This document shows, piece by piece, positions 50,544-60,007 of a DNA stretch of 64,000 nt. The notes under the pieces were generated by a model. That model saw only the letters and a list, made by a program, of their open reading frames with translations. It ran no database searches and was not told where the DNA came from. This stretch comes from Syntrophorhabdaceae bacterium (GTDB lineage Bacteria; Desulfobacterota; Syntrophorhabdia; Syntrophorhabdales; Syntrophorhabdaceae), in NCBI GenBank assembly GCA_963665295.1, contig OY762209.1:4800001-4864000 (forward strand), read 5' to 3'. How positions within the stretch are numbered: position 1 is the first letter of the stretch; each line of letters opens with the position of its first letter. The position numbers and the translations under genes are program-made.

Positions 50544-52163
50544 ATGCTCACCTTCCTCAAGGTGAAGGATTTTGCCATAATCGACGAACTCGGCATAGAG
50601 TTTGAAGAAGGGTTGCTCGTGATCACGGGCGAGACAGGGGCGGGAAAGTCGATTATCATCAACGCCCTCTCTACCCTGATGAACGCGAAAGCGCCCACTG
50701 ACATGGTGAGGAGCAACACGCCCCAGGCCGAGGTGTCGGGTCATTTCTTTCACGGGGGGGAGGAGTGGGTGATAAAGCGGGTCATCAGCATGGCCGGCAG
50801 ATCGAGGGCTTTTCTCAACGAAGGCCCCGTCACTCTCGCAACACTCGAAGAGACAGGCAGGAAACTGATCAACATATACGGTCAGAACGAGTTCCAGCAC
50901 CTCCTCAATAAGGAAAGGTACATCGACATTATCGACAACCTCCTTTCCCTGACAGGAGAAAGGGAATTCCTGGCCGAGAAGGCAGGCGCCTTCAGGCGCG
51001 TAAAGACGGAACTGGAGAACAGAAAAAGGGAAGCGGAGGGAAGGGAAAAAGAGATCTACCTTCTCGAATTTCAGGTCGAAGAGATCGAGAGGGCGGCAAT
51101 CAAGGTAGGAGAAGAGGAGGATATCAGGGAACGGCTGAAGCTTCTCAAAGACGCGGAAAAGATCAAGGGCACCCTCGGCGTCATGGCTGAGGCCTTCTAC
51201 GAGGGCGACCAGTCCATGCACGTGACGAGCAAAACCTTCCTCAACCTTCTCAAGCCCTTTCTCGCGGTCGAAATCGTTTCGAGGCTGAAGGACCGCATAG
51301 AATCCCTCTCCTTTGAGATCGAAGATATTATGAACGATATCAAGGCAGTAGAAAAGGTTGCCTCCTTTGATCCGGATGAACTTGAAATGCTGGAAGGGAG
51401 GATATCCCAGATATTCCAGTTGAAAAACAAGTACGGAAAGACCTGTGGCGAGATAAACGCCTTCAGGGATACGGCAAAGGAAAGGCTTTCATATCTGTCC
51501 ACCCTTTCTGAAAATATCGTTGAGCTCGAAAAAGAGCGGACCCTCCTCGAAGAGGAGGTAAGCAGGCTCGCCCTCGACCTTTCACGGAAGAGAAAAGAAG
51601 GCGTCACGCCCGTTGAGCAGGCCATTGTCCGGGAACTTGCCCTCCTCTCCATGAAGGGGGCGGCATTCCGTATCGCGGTGACGGATAAGGGCAGTATTGA
51701 CGAGGACGGCGCTGATGAGATAGAACTACTTATCAGCGCAAACCCCGGCGAGCCCCTGAAGCCGTTGAGAAGGGTCGCGTCAGGAGGAGAGTTGTCGCGG
51801 ATCATGCTCGCCATGAAGCGGGTGATCGGCGGCGAGGAGCAGAAAACCCTCGTTTTCGATGAGGTCGATGCGGGCATCGGAGGAAGGGTTGCCGACATGG
51901 TGGGCAAGAGGCTGAAGGGCCTCGCGAAAAAACACCAGGTCATATGCATAACCCACCTTCCCCAGATTGCCGTTTATGGGGACCACCATTATCTCGTCGA
52001 GAAGAACCAAAGAGAAGACGGGACAAAAACAGGGATAAGGAGACTTTCGGCACAGGAGAGGGTTTCCGAGATCGCAAGAATGATGGGCGGAGGAACGATT
52101 ACCGAAAAAACCCTTCAGAGGGCAGAGGAGATGTTGCAAAATGCTGAAAAAGGCATCGATTGA
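50544..52163 (+). CDS. recN: DNA repair protein RecN
   Basis: TGETGAGKS, coiled coil, ASGGELSR, FDEVDAG, ITHLPQIA. Confidence 0.96.
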   Translation: MLTFLKVKDFAIIDELGIEFEEGLLVITGETGAGKSIIINALSTLMNAKAPTDMVRSNTPQAEVSGHFFHGGEEWVIKRVISMAGRSRAFLNEGPVTLATLEETGRKLINIYGQNEFQHLLNKERYIDIIDNLLSLTGEREFLAEKAGAFRRVKTELENRKREAEGREKEIYLLEFQVEEIERAAIKVGEEEDIRERLKLLKDAEKIKGTLGVMAEAFYEGDQSMHVTSKTFLNLLKPFLAVEIVSRLKDRIESLSFEIEDIMNDIKAVEKVASFDPDELEMLEGRISQIFQLKNKYGKTCGEINAFRDTAKERLSYLSTLSENIVELEKERTLLEEEVSRLALDLSRKRKEGVTPVEQAIVRELALLSMKGAAFRIAVTDKGSIDEDGADEIELLISANPGEPLKPLRRVASGGELSRIMLAMKRVIGGEEQKTLVFDEVDAGIGGRVADMVGKRLKGLAKKHQVICITHLPQIAVYGDHHYLVEKNQREDGTKTGIRRLSAQERVSEIARMMGGGTITEKTLQRAEEMLQNAEKGID

Positions 52164-52596
52164 AGACGTAAGGAAGATACACGCTCTGGTGAACCAGTCT
52201 GCATCGACCGGGGAGATGCTTGCCAGGTCCCTGGGGGAATTATACGATAACCTCCGCGATTATTTCGTATACATGGAAGACGACGGGGTGGTCCTCGGCA
52301 CGTGCGCCCTTCATATCTGCTGGGAGGATATCGCCGAGATAAGGTCCCTCTGCGTAGTCGATTCGGCCCGGATGAAGGGCATAGGAAGGATGCTCGTCAA
52401 CGCCTGCATCGAAGAGGCGAAGTCGCTTCGGATCAGGAGGGTTTTCCTCCTCACCTATCAGGAACAATTCTTTATCCGGTGCGGTTTTCATGAGGCCGAC
52501 AAGAAGGAGCTGCCCCAGAAGATCTGGTCGGATTGCATAAGGTGTCCGAAGTTTCCGGAGTGCGACGAACTTGCCATGATCATGACCGTACATTGA
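52141..52596 (+). CDS. argA: Short GNAT amino-acid N-acetyltransferase (ArgA-like)
   Basis: MLARS..LYDNLRD, AEIRSL, KGIG, LPQKIWSDC..CPKFP.CDE. Confidence 0.75.
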   Translation: MLKKASIEDVRKIHALVNQSASTGEMLARSLGELYDNLRDYFVYMEDDGVVLGTCALHICWEDIAEIRSLCVVDSARMKGIGRMLVNACIEEAKSLRIRRVFLLTYQEQFFIRCGFHEADKKELPQKIWSDCIRCPKFPECDELAMIMTVH

Positions 52597-52655
52597 GGAG
52601 CCCGTCCCGGGGCAGGCACAGGGAAACGGCTCGGAAACGACAAAGGAGCATCACT

Positions 52656-53957
52656 ATGGATATTGAGAGGATCGAAAAGGGCATCAAAGCGGCTTTCGGG
52701 AATTATGAGCTGTTCTTCCTGAAAGAGAGGCTAAAAAAATACGAGAGCAGGAACACGGAACTCTGCGGCGCGGAAGTGAAGGAAGAGATAGGCATTGCCC
52801 TTCGGGCAGTGAAGGACGGCCGGATGGTCTTCTCTTACACCTTCGACGATGAAGAAAGGGCCGTGGCCTCCCTTCTCGACAACGCGACGGCGATCCTTCC
52901 ATTTCTTGAAGAAGATAGAGACAGAGGCTTCCCCGGGCTCTTCACCGCCTACCCGGAAATGAATATCTACGACGGCGAAGGCCTTGCAACGGACGACGCG
53001 GCCAAAACCACCGTGCTCATGGACATGGAGCGCGCAATCCTCAACTTCGATCCGAGGATCAAAACCACGAGAAATTGCGAGCTTCAGGAAGCGGAGATCG
53101 AGGCGACAATCGTCAATTCTCTGGGTATCCGGGCATCGGCGAGGAAGACCCTTTACACCCTCATGGCCATGTGCGTGGCAAAGGACACCGACGAGGCCTC
53201 ATGGTTTGACTGGTCCTGGGCCCATTCATTGCGCGAACTTGACGGCGCCGGGCTCGGCGCTGATATCGCCCGCATGGCAGTTTCCCTCTTATCGAGCACC
53301 CAGCTCGATACGGGGATCTATGAGGGCATTCTCACACCCCAGGCGTCGTGCGACATCCTCGACCTTCTCTCGGAGTCGGTCCTTTCGGAGAACCTCTATA
53401 AAAAGAAGACGCGACTTGCCGACAAGGTGGGAACCAGGTGCTTTTCTCCCCTTTTATCCATTACCGACTCAGGCCTTGCCGGTGTGGAGAGTTTCCCTTT
53501 TGACGGAGAGGGCGTGCCTTCCCGGGAAAACCATGTGGTCAAGGAAGGGTATTTCGAGACATTCCTCTATGACGGGTATTACGGCCGCAAACTTGGCAAA
53601 CCATCGACGGCAAACTCGGTGCGGTCCGGGGTAAAGGACCCGCCACAATGCGCCCCCAGGGGTTTTTTCATCGAGAAAGGTAAGGAAGATCTGAACGACA
53701 GCGCATTCGAAGGGGTAGTCATCGCGGAGCTTATGGGCACCCATACGGCAAACCCCATAACAGGCGACTTCTCTCTCGGCGCGACAGGATACCTGAGAAG
53801 GAACGGGACCGCAACGCCCTTTACCGGGGTAATCCTCTCGGGAAACCTTTTCGACCTCCTGAGAAGCATAAAAGGCGTGGGTTCGGATTTGAAGTTCTAC
53901 GGCTCTCACGGTTCCCCTTCTCTCCATGTTGACGGTCTCAGGATAAGCGGCAGATGA
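52656..53957 (+). CDS. pmbA: TldD/PmbA family protein (PmbA/TldE-like)
   Basis: GIALR, PFDGEG, HTANPITGDFSLG, SGN. Confidence 0.85.
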   Translation: MDIERIEKGIKAAFGNYELFFLKERLKKYESRNTELCGAEVKEEIGIALRAVKDGRMVFSYTFDDEERAVASLLDNATAILPFLEEDRDRGFPGLFTAYPEMNIYDGEGLATDDAAKTTVLMDMERAILNFDPRIKTTRNCELQEAEIEATIVNSLGIRASARKTLYTLMAMCVAKDTDEASWFDWSWAHSLRELDGAGLGADIARMAVSLLSSTQLDTGIYEGILTPQASCDILDLLSESVLSENLYKKKTRLADKVGTRCFSPLLSITDSGLAGVESFPFDGEGVPSRENHVVKEGYFETFLYDGYYGRKLGKPSTANSVRSGVKDPPQCAPRGFFIEKGKEDLNDSAFEGVVIAELMGTHTANPITGDFSLGATGYLRRNGTATPFTGVILSGNLFDLLRSIKGVGSDLKFYGSHGSPSLHVDGLRISGR

Positions 53958-55048
53958 AGATAGGATATTTCATACGGAATATAGGGGTCTCGGGCGGTGT
54001 CAAGATAGTGCTGCAGCATGTGAAGATCCTGAAGGACGCAGGATACGATGTGGCTCTCATGGCCCAGAAGGTGAAGACCGACTGGGACGGTCTGCCGGTG
54101 GAACCCCGGCTTATAAAAGACCAGGACCTGGGCGACATGCCTCAGTGCGATATATATGTGGGTTCCGTACCTACCGACGTAAGCCGGATCCACCGACTGG
54201 GCCGGGGCATTGTCGTTCATCTCTGCCAGGGATACGAACCCGTGGAATACAGGGCGAGGATCGACGGCGAATCGGTCACGGAAAAGTATGCGAGAAAGGG
54301 CGTGTTCGCCCTCTTTGAAAGGTACGCGGATAAGGCGAAGTTCAGGAAGAGGATAAGGGCGATCGAGGCTGTCTACGCCTTGCCCACCAAGAAGGCGGCG
54401 GTTTCGAAGCATCTTCAGGAGCTTATTGAAACCACGTACAAGCAAGAGTGCGCCCTCATACAAAACGGGATCGATACCTCAGTATTCTATCCCGACCGGG
54501 AGAGGGTCTGGGGTAAAGGCGGGAAGATCACCATACTCTCGGTGGGTTCCATGGCCGTGGGCTTCAAGGGCATACCCGACACCCTCAACGCAGTAGCCGC
54601 CCTCAGGCACAAGGGGATCGACATCGAGCTTATCAGGGTCTCTCCGGGACCGCCGTCCGAGCGGGAAAAACAGGAGGGACTGGTGGACCGCTACCTCACG
54701 GGTATAAGGCAGGACGAAATGGCGGCCCTTTACAGGGACGCAGACATATACATCTCCTCTTCCCTCGAGGGGGAAGGGTTCGGGCTGCCGGCCATCGAGG
54801 CCCTCGCCTCGGGCGTGCCCTCCATCCTGACGGAGATATCGACGTACCGGAATTTCAGCGAAGACCGCGATTTCGCCTGGTTTGTCCCTACCCACAGCCC
54901 GGCGCGCATCGCGGAAGGCGTACTCGCTTTCATCGCGGACGGCCGCTTGAGGGAGAGGTGCGTAGCGAAGGGGTTCCCCGTGGCGCAAAGCCATTCTCTC
55001 GAAAGGACGAAACAGGACCTTCTCACCTTTATGAACGGGCTCATGTGA
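53954..55048 (+). CDS. Glycosyltransferase family 4
   Basis: SGG, NGID, KG, EGFGLPAIEALASGVP. Confidence 0.9.
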   Translation: MKIGYFIRNIGVSGGVKIVLQHVKILKDAGYDVALMAQKVKTDWDGLPVEPRLIKDQDLGDMPQCDIYVGSVPTDVSRIHRLGRGIVVHLCQGYEPVEYRARIDGESVTEKYARKGVFALFERYADKAKFRKRIRAIEAVYALPTKKAAVSKHLQELIETTYKQECALIQNGIDTSVFYPDRERVWGKGGKITILSVGSMAVGFKGIPDTLNAVAALRHKGIDIELIRVSPGPPSEREKQEGLVDRYLTGIRQDEMAALYRDADIYISSSLEGEGFGLPAIEALASGVPSILTEISTYRNFSEDRDFAWFVPTHSPARIAEGVLAFIADGRLRERCVAKGFPVAQSHSLERTKQDLLTFMNGLM

Positions 55049-55950
55049 CGGACCGGCCGAGCAAAGTGGTATCCATAATAATAGTCAACTACAATACGCG
55101 GGACCTGACGAAAGAGTGTCTCTCGTCGGTGTACGCCCGGACAAAAGGCGTCGATTTTGATGTATACGTCGTGGACAATGCCTCCTCCGACGGCTCCGCC
55201 GACGAGATCGCCCGGGCATTCCCCGCCGTAAAGCTGATACGCAACGAGGAAAACGCGGGTTTCGCGCGGGCCAATAATATGGCCATGAGGGCTTCCACCG
55301 CGGATTACGTCTTTCTCCTCAATTCGGATACGATCCTTGTCAATAACGCGGTGGGAATCTTTTTCGATTTTATGGAACGGGAGGAAAATGCCGCTGTCGG
55401 GTGTTGCGGCGGCAGCCTGTACGACCGGGACATGGCGCCCCAGGTCGCCTGGGGAAACCTCCCATCCCTCAAAGAGACGGCCTTTCAGGTGTTCGGACTG
55501 AAAAAGGTGTTCCCAAGGTATTACAAAGAGAAGCTGCGTACATCGATGGAGAATCGGGACGGTTCGATACGGAAGGTCGGGTATATCGTAGGGGCGGACA
55601 TGTTCATCCGAAGGCGCGCCCTCGACAGGGCGGGCCTCTTCGATGAAGATTTCTTCCTCTATTTCGAGGATACGGAGCTTTCCTTCAGGATGGGGCAAGA
55701 GGGTTTTGCGTCGGTAATCATACCGGACGCGGAAATCATCCATCTGGCGGCCCGGTCCTCTTCCGGCGACTCGAAGGTCGCGAAGATCCGTCTGCGCGAG
55801 AAGAGCAGGCTCCTCTTCTTCAGGAAGTGTTACGGAAAAAAGGTTGCCCACATGGTTAAAATCCTTTATATTACAAAACAAATCCAGCGGCTCCTCTTCA
55901 AGTTCAATAGGAGAAACCTTGAGACCCTCAAGGCCTTGTACAGAGCCTGA
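55045..55950 (+). CDS. Glycosyltransferase family 2 (WbbL-like)
   Basis: SIIIVNYN, VDNASSDGS, GFARANN, LLNSD, FDEDFFLYFEDTE; GTG start. Confidence 0.9.
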   Translation: MTDRPSKVVSIIIVNYNTRDLTKECLSSVYARTKGVDFDVYVVDNASSDGSADEIARAFPAVKLIRNEENAGFARANNMAMRASTADYVFLLNSDTILVNNAVGIFFDFMEREENAAVGCCGGSLYDRDMAPQVAWGNLPSLKETAFQVFGLKKVFPRYYKEKLRTSMENRDGSIRKVGYIVGADMFIRRRALDRAGLFDEDFFLYFEDTELSFRMGQEGFASVIIPDAEIIHLAARSSSGDSKVAKIRLREKSRLLFFRKCYGKKVAHMVKILYITKQIQRLLFKFNRRNLETLKALYRA

Positions 55951-55995
55951 GCCGCTACGCGGTCCTTTGAGGGACCTGGACGGGGTCGTGCAATT

Positions 55996-56649
55996 ATGAC
56001 AAAATTTGATCTCTCGGTGAAGAATCATGGCTATTACGCATACGAACGTAAGGAGATGCTCCCCTACGTCCCGGAATCAGCAAAAAGGGTCCTGGATGTG
56101 GGATGCGGGGCAGGCTTCTTCGGACATGAGGTAAAAAGGATACGGGGCGCGGAAGTATGGGGGGTCGAGATCGATGAAACCGCCGCAGCCACGGCCGTGG
56201 AAAATCTGGACCGGGTGCTCGTGGGAGATATACACCTCCTCATGAGCAGCATCCCGGACGACTATTTCGACTGCGTCACGTTCAACGATGTCCTGGAACA
56301 CCTTGTGGACCCCTATGGCGTCCTCCGGAGAGTGAAGGGCAAACTACGCAAGGGCGGAGTGATAGTCGCCTCCCTGCCCAACATACGCTATCATAAGGTT
56401 CTGAAGGAATTACTTATTCGCAAACAATGGCAATACCGGGACGAAGGGATTCTCGACAAGACCCATCTGAGGTTCTTCACGAAGAACAGCATCATCGATA
56501 TGTTCCGCGACCTTGATTTCCGCATACTGGCCCTTGAAGGGATGAACAAAACGAGATCCCGCAACTTCAAGCTCCTCAACATGGTCCTTTTCGGGTTCCT
56601 CTCCGACGCGCAATATGCGAAGTTCACATGTGTGGCGGAGCCGAAGTGA
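55996..56649 (+). CDS. Class I SAM-dependent methyltransferase
   Basis: VLDVGCGAG, DVLEHL, GILDKTHLRFFT (glycan-locus type). Confidence 0.88.
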   Translation: MTKFDLSVKNHGYYAYERKEMLPYVPESAKRVLDVGCGAGFFGHEVKRIRGAEVWGVEIDETAAATAVENLDRVLVGDIHLLMSSIPDDYFDCVTFNDVLEHLVDPYGVLRRVKGKLRKGGVIVASLPNIRYHKVLKELLIRKQWQYRDEGILDKTHLRFFTKNSIIDMFRDLDFRILALEGMNKTRSRNFKLLNMVLFGFLSDAQYAKFTCVAEPK

Positions 56650-56661
56650 GGCAGCCGGGAG

Positions 56662-57888
56662 CTATCGTCCCGGAGATATGAGACCCGAGACCACCTTGGC
56701 AGCCACAGCGATGCCGTAACGGTTCCAGTGGGAATCGTCCTTCCAATACGTAAACTTGTCCTCTTTCAGGAGTCTCTCCGATTCGGCGATCAGAGGACCC
56801 GTGAGGTCGGTGCATGGAATGTGCCACCTCTCCGATAGGGCCTTTACTGCCTCCCACTGAGCATTGGGCAAAGGCTTCTGATTGCCCGCCGCCAGGAATG
56901 GATAGTAAACGCGGAATTTTGTGGGGATAAAGAAGATGCCCTCTATCCGGTCGCGCACCGGGGGGAAAATGGACATCACCGTCTCGGGGAGCCTGTAAGA
57001 CTCCCTCTCGCTGACAGCCGCATATTCCCTGAAATCGGCCGCTTTGTGCCCTTTGATCGTCAGCGCCCTGGCGGTAAAGGATTTATTGGAGCGCCTGGCT
57101 GCAATGCTGTAGGTGTAGCGGTACAGGACGGTCTCCCTGAAGAAGTGCCTGTATCCTTCGGAGAGGGTCTTAAGGCGGGATTTCTTGGCGAAGTGTCTTC
57201 GCGAAAATGAATCAGGGAAATCGTTGCCTTCAAAAACGAAAAGCAACACCTTAAAATCGTTCCCGTATTTCTTCTGGAAATAGAGGATGAGTTTCACATA
57301 TTCGGGAATGCCGCCCGGATACGCAAGGCTATAGGCGTCAATCCCGTAGCTTTCCTTCAATTGACTCTGGAGGGTATCCTCCTGGCTGTTGCCGCTCCCC
57401 AGGACAAAAGAATCCCCTACCAGCACGTATTTCTGACCTTTGTAGCCCTCATTGTTCCGGAACCCGAGAGCATCCGTCTTAAACCGCATAGTCCTTGGCT
57501 CTATTTCGATATCCTTTTCCCCTCCTACCGCGTAGATATCTCCAAAGGGCATCCGGATCATAACATCGACGTTCTTCCTGTAGCCACCCATCCCCGTGTC
57601 GCTGTTGTAGACCGTAAATCTTTCGTGCTCTCTGTAATAGATTCTGTCGTCGATCTTGATCAGTCCCAGCCCCAGGTTCACGAGGATGGTGGCCATGAGG
57701 AGAGAGCACGCAAGCAGAAGGCCGTTCTTCCATCCCATGATTATATAGGCCGCGAAGAAAAGCGCGAGGAGCACGTAAAAGACGGCATTACCGAGGAAAC
57801 CGTAAAACAGCAGGGTGTGGCAAGTCAGAAGCAGGGGGATGAGGGCCGTCAGGGTCCTTTCAACCCAGTAAGAGAGAGATATTTTCAT
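56662..57888 (-). CDS. Membrane-anchored SGNH protein (AlgJ/AlgX-like)
   Basis: About three N-terminal TMs; VGDSF, EGNDF, DDSHWN. Confidence 0.78.
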   Translation of the reverse strand: MKISLSYWVERTLTALIPLLLTCHTLLFYGFLGNAVFYVLLALFFAAYIIMGWKNGLLLACSLLMATILVNLGLGLIKIDDRIYYREHERFTVYNSDTGMGGYRKNVDVMIRMPFGDIYAVGGEKDIEIEPRTMRFKTDALGFRNNEGYKGQKYVLVGDSFVLGSGNSQEDTLQSQLKESYGIDAYSLAYPGGIPEYVKLILYFQKKYGNDFKVLLFVFEGNDFPDSFSRRHFAKKSRLKTLSEGYRHFFRETVLYRYTYSIAARRSNKSFTARALTIKGHKAADFREYAAVSERESYRLPETVMSIFPPVRDRIEGIFFIPTKFRVYYPFLAAGNQKPLPNAQWEAVKALSERWHIPCTDLTGPLIAESERLLKEDKFTYWKDDSHWNRYGIAVAAKVVSGLISPGR

Positions 57889-57911
57889 ATACCAGTGCCT
57901 AATTACATAAA

Positions 57912-58019
57912 TTAACGATAGTGTTCATCAACTGTGAGCCCTTCACTTTTCTTTTGCCTGTCCCATGGGTGGGGGCCCTTCCAAGGCAGCCGGCACTTGA
58001 TTGCGAAAATCTTTGCCAT
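57912..58019 (-). CDS. Possible 35-aa small ORF
   Basis: AGGAGG RBS, then MAKIFAIKCRLPWKGPHPWDRQKKSEGLTVDEHYR*. Confidence 0.25.
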   Translation of the reverse strand: MAKIFAIKCRLPWKGPHPWDRQKKSEGLTVDEHYR

Positions 58020-58349
58020 AGGTCCGCCTCCTGCCAAGATGTTTGCATATATCTTTTATTACTCCAATTAAGCACCAGCAACTTTCCTGTCGGTCTTTCT
58101 ATTGGAATAGGGACCCGCAAACAGGATAGCAGAATTGGGGCAAGATGCACAAGATATATATCTTGAGACTTCGGGATAGGGCATCTCATACTCGGACCAG
58201 GAGTAAAGAGATGGCTCCAGGAGCGTTTAAAGAGGGCGCTACCCGGCAACAGCCGTCAGAGAGGGGTTGTGACGTCAGTCTCGTGTTGACACTTATTAAC
58301 AAAATTATGTAATAATATGGCTCGGCTTTGACGGGAAAGGGCGTCCATA

Positions 58350-59699
58350 ATGAAAAAGATTTGTTTGTTGATCATTGTCAATATTATCGTTGTAGTTTTT
58401 CTGTGTGAGGCGGGTGGCCTAATCTGGTTTTACTCAAAAAATGGTAAATTCTTTTATACACGGTTTCACCAAAGTGGCCAACAAAATATCGAACAAAACA
58501 GGAACACGGCTAATGTTCCCCATCAGAGCAACACAATCAACACAATTTTGCACCCTTACTGGGGCTTTATAACGCGTCCGGGACTAGCGCTAAGAGAGTA
58601 TCTGCCAAGAGAACGGCTGGATTGTCTTGTGGGCCCGGGGGTAACTCCGGACTGGCTGGATCTTGCGGTGAATGAATATGGATTCTATTCAAAAACAACT
58701 TACCCGTATTCCCCTCAAAAGAACGAGTTTGTTATCGGGATTTTTGGTGGTTCTGTGGCGCACTGGTTCAGGTTGCAGGGAAGCAAAACACTTATTGAAC
58801 ATCTCCAAAAACATCCGCTGTTACGCAACAAAGTGATTAAAGTATTGAGCTTTGCTCAGGGGGCTTTTAAACAGCCTCAACAACTGCAAATTCTGACTTA
58901 TTTCCTCGCAAGAGGGCAGCATTTTGATTTTGTGATTAATATTGATGGATTTAACGAAGTCGCATTATCCCATCTTAACTACCAGAGTGGCATTGAATTG
59001 TCTATGCCAAGCAGCCAGGAAATTCTCCCAATTGCCAACATCGTCAATCAGGGGAACGTTGATGTTGAACGCTTGGCAGCCCTTTTGCAGATAGCGAAAA
59101 CAAAGCAGGCGGTACAAAACATCAAGAATAGAATGGAACGAAATTACTCTGCGGGGTTGAACCTATTTTTTTCAGCAGTATCCCATTACAGGGAAACGGA
59201 GTACATAAAGGCTGTAATAAAAGGGGATACCATGAATAGAAAGCCGGCCATCGATTCCCGCGCATCAATTATACAGATTAATCGTTTATCCCAATCTACA
59301 ACCTCAAAGAATGAATTCGAGTCCATGGCCCAATTTTGGGCACGATGCTCAATTTTGATCCAACAATTGTTGGAAAGCCAAGATGTCGGCTATCTCCATG
59401 TTTTACAACCGAATCAATACTTCTCCCGACGTTCTTTCAAGAATGAGGAGCTCTCCGCTATTGACAACGATTCGCCGTATAAGCCGGGCGCGGAACAGGG
59501 CTACCCATTTCTTCTGGGGCAAATTGACAATTTGCAGCGCGCAGGAGTTCATTTTGCGAACCTGACAGGAATTTTCGACATTGAGCCCCGGATCATCTAT
59601 TCCGATTCATGCTGTCATTATAACCAATTAGGGAATGACTTGTTGGCCGCCAAAATTGCGCAAGACATGATCCCGATACTTGATGAGACTATAGAATAA
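58350..59699 (+). CDS. Membrane-anchored SGNH-like protein
   Basis: N-terminal TM; IFGGSVA, DGFNE, DSCCHYN; visibly more AT-rich than its neighbours. Confidence 0.72.
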   Translation: MKKICLLIIVNIIVVVFLCEAGGLIWFYSKNGKFFYTRFHQSGQQNIEQNRNTANVPHQSNTINTILHPYWGFITRPGLALREYLPRERLDCLVGPGVTPDWLDLAVNEYGFYSKTTYPYSPQKNEFVIGIFGGSVAHWFRLQGSKTLIEHLQKHPLLRNKVIKVLSFAQGAFKQPQQLQILTYFLARGQHFDFVINIDGFNEVALSHLNYQSGIELSMPSSQEILPIANIVNQGNVDVERLAALLQIAKTKQAVQNIKNRMERNYSAGLNLFFSAVSHYRETEYIKAVIKGDTMNRKPAIDSRASIIQINRLSQSTTSKNEFESMAQFWARCSILIQQLLESQDVGYLHVLQPNQYFSRRSFKNEELSAIDNDSPYKPGAEQGYPFLLGQIDNLQRAGVHFANLTGIFDIEPRIIYSDSCCHYNQLGNDLLAAKIAQDMIPILDETIE

Positions 59700-60007
59700 G
59701 CTCGACTTTTAGCCGGCCTTCGACAGTCGTAGGCAAACGAAAGGTCGAGAAAAAGGTCCGGCAACCCATATTGCGCTTTCGCCTTTAATGGGGTCGGCCC
59801 GGAGTTTAGTTTTTCCGGTGATTTGCCCTAAAATAGTTCATCAGGGGCAATTCCGGGGGTCAGAAGAAGAGAGGTGGTGAACGTGGCCGGGATATACCTG
59901 TTGCAGAAATTGATATTGCAGGGTATAATGACCCACAAAGATTCGACAGGGTCGTCCGAAATGTCCCGGAGAATTGCCGGGGGCCCCGGATCTTTTCACT
60001 TTTGACC

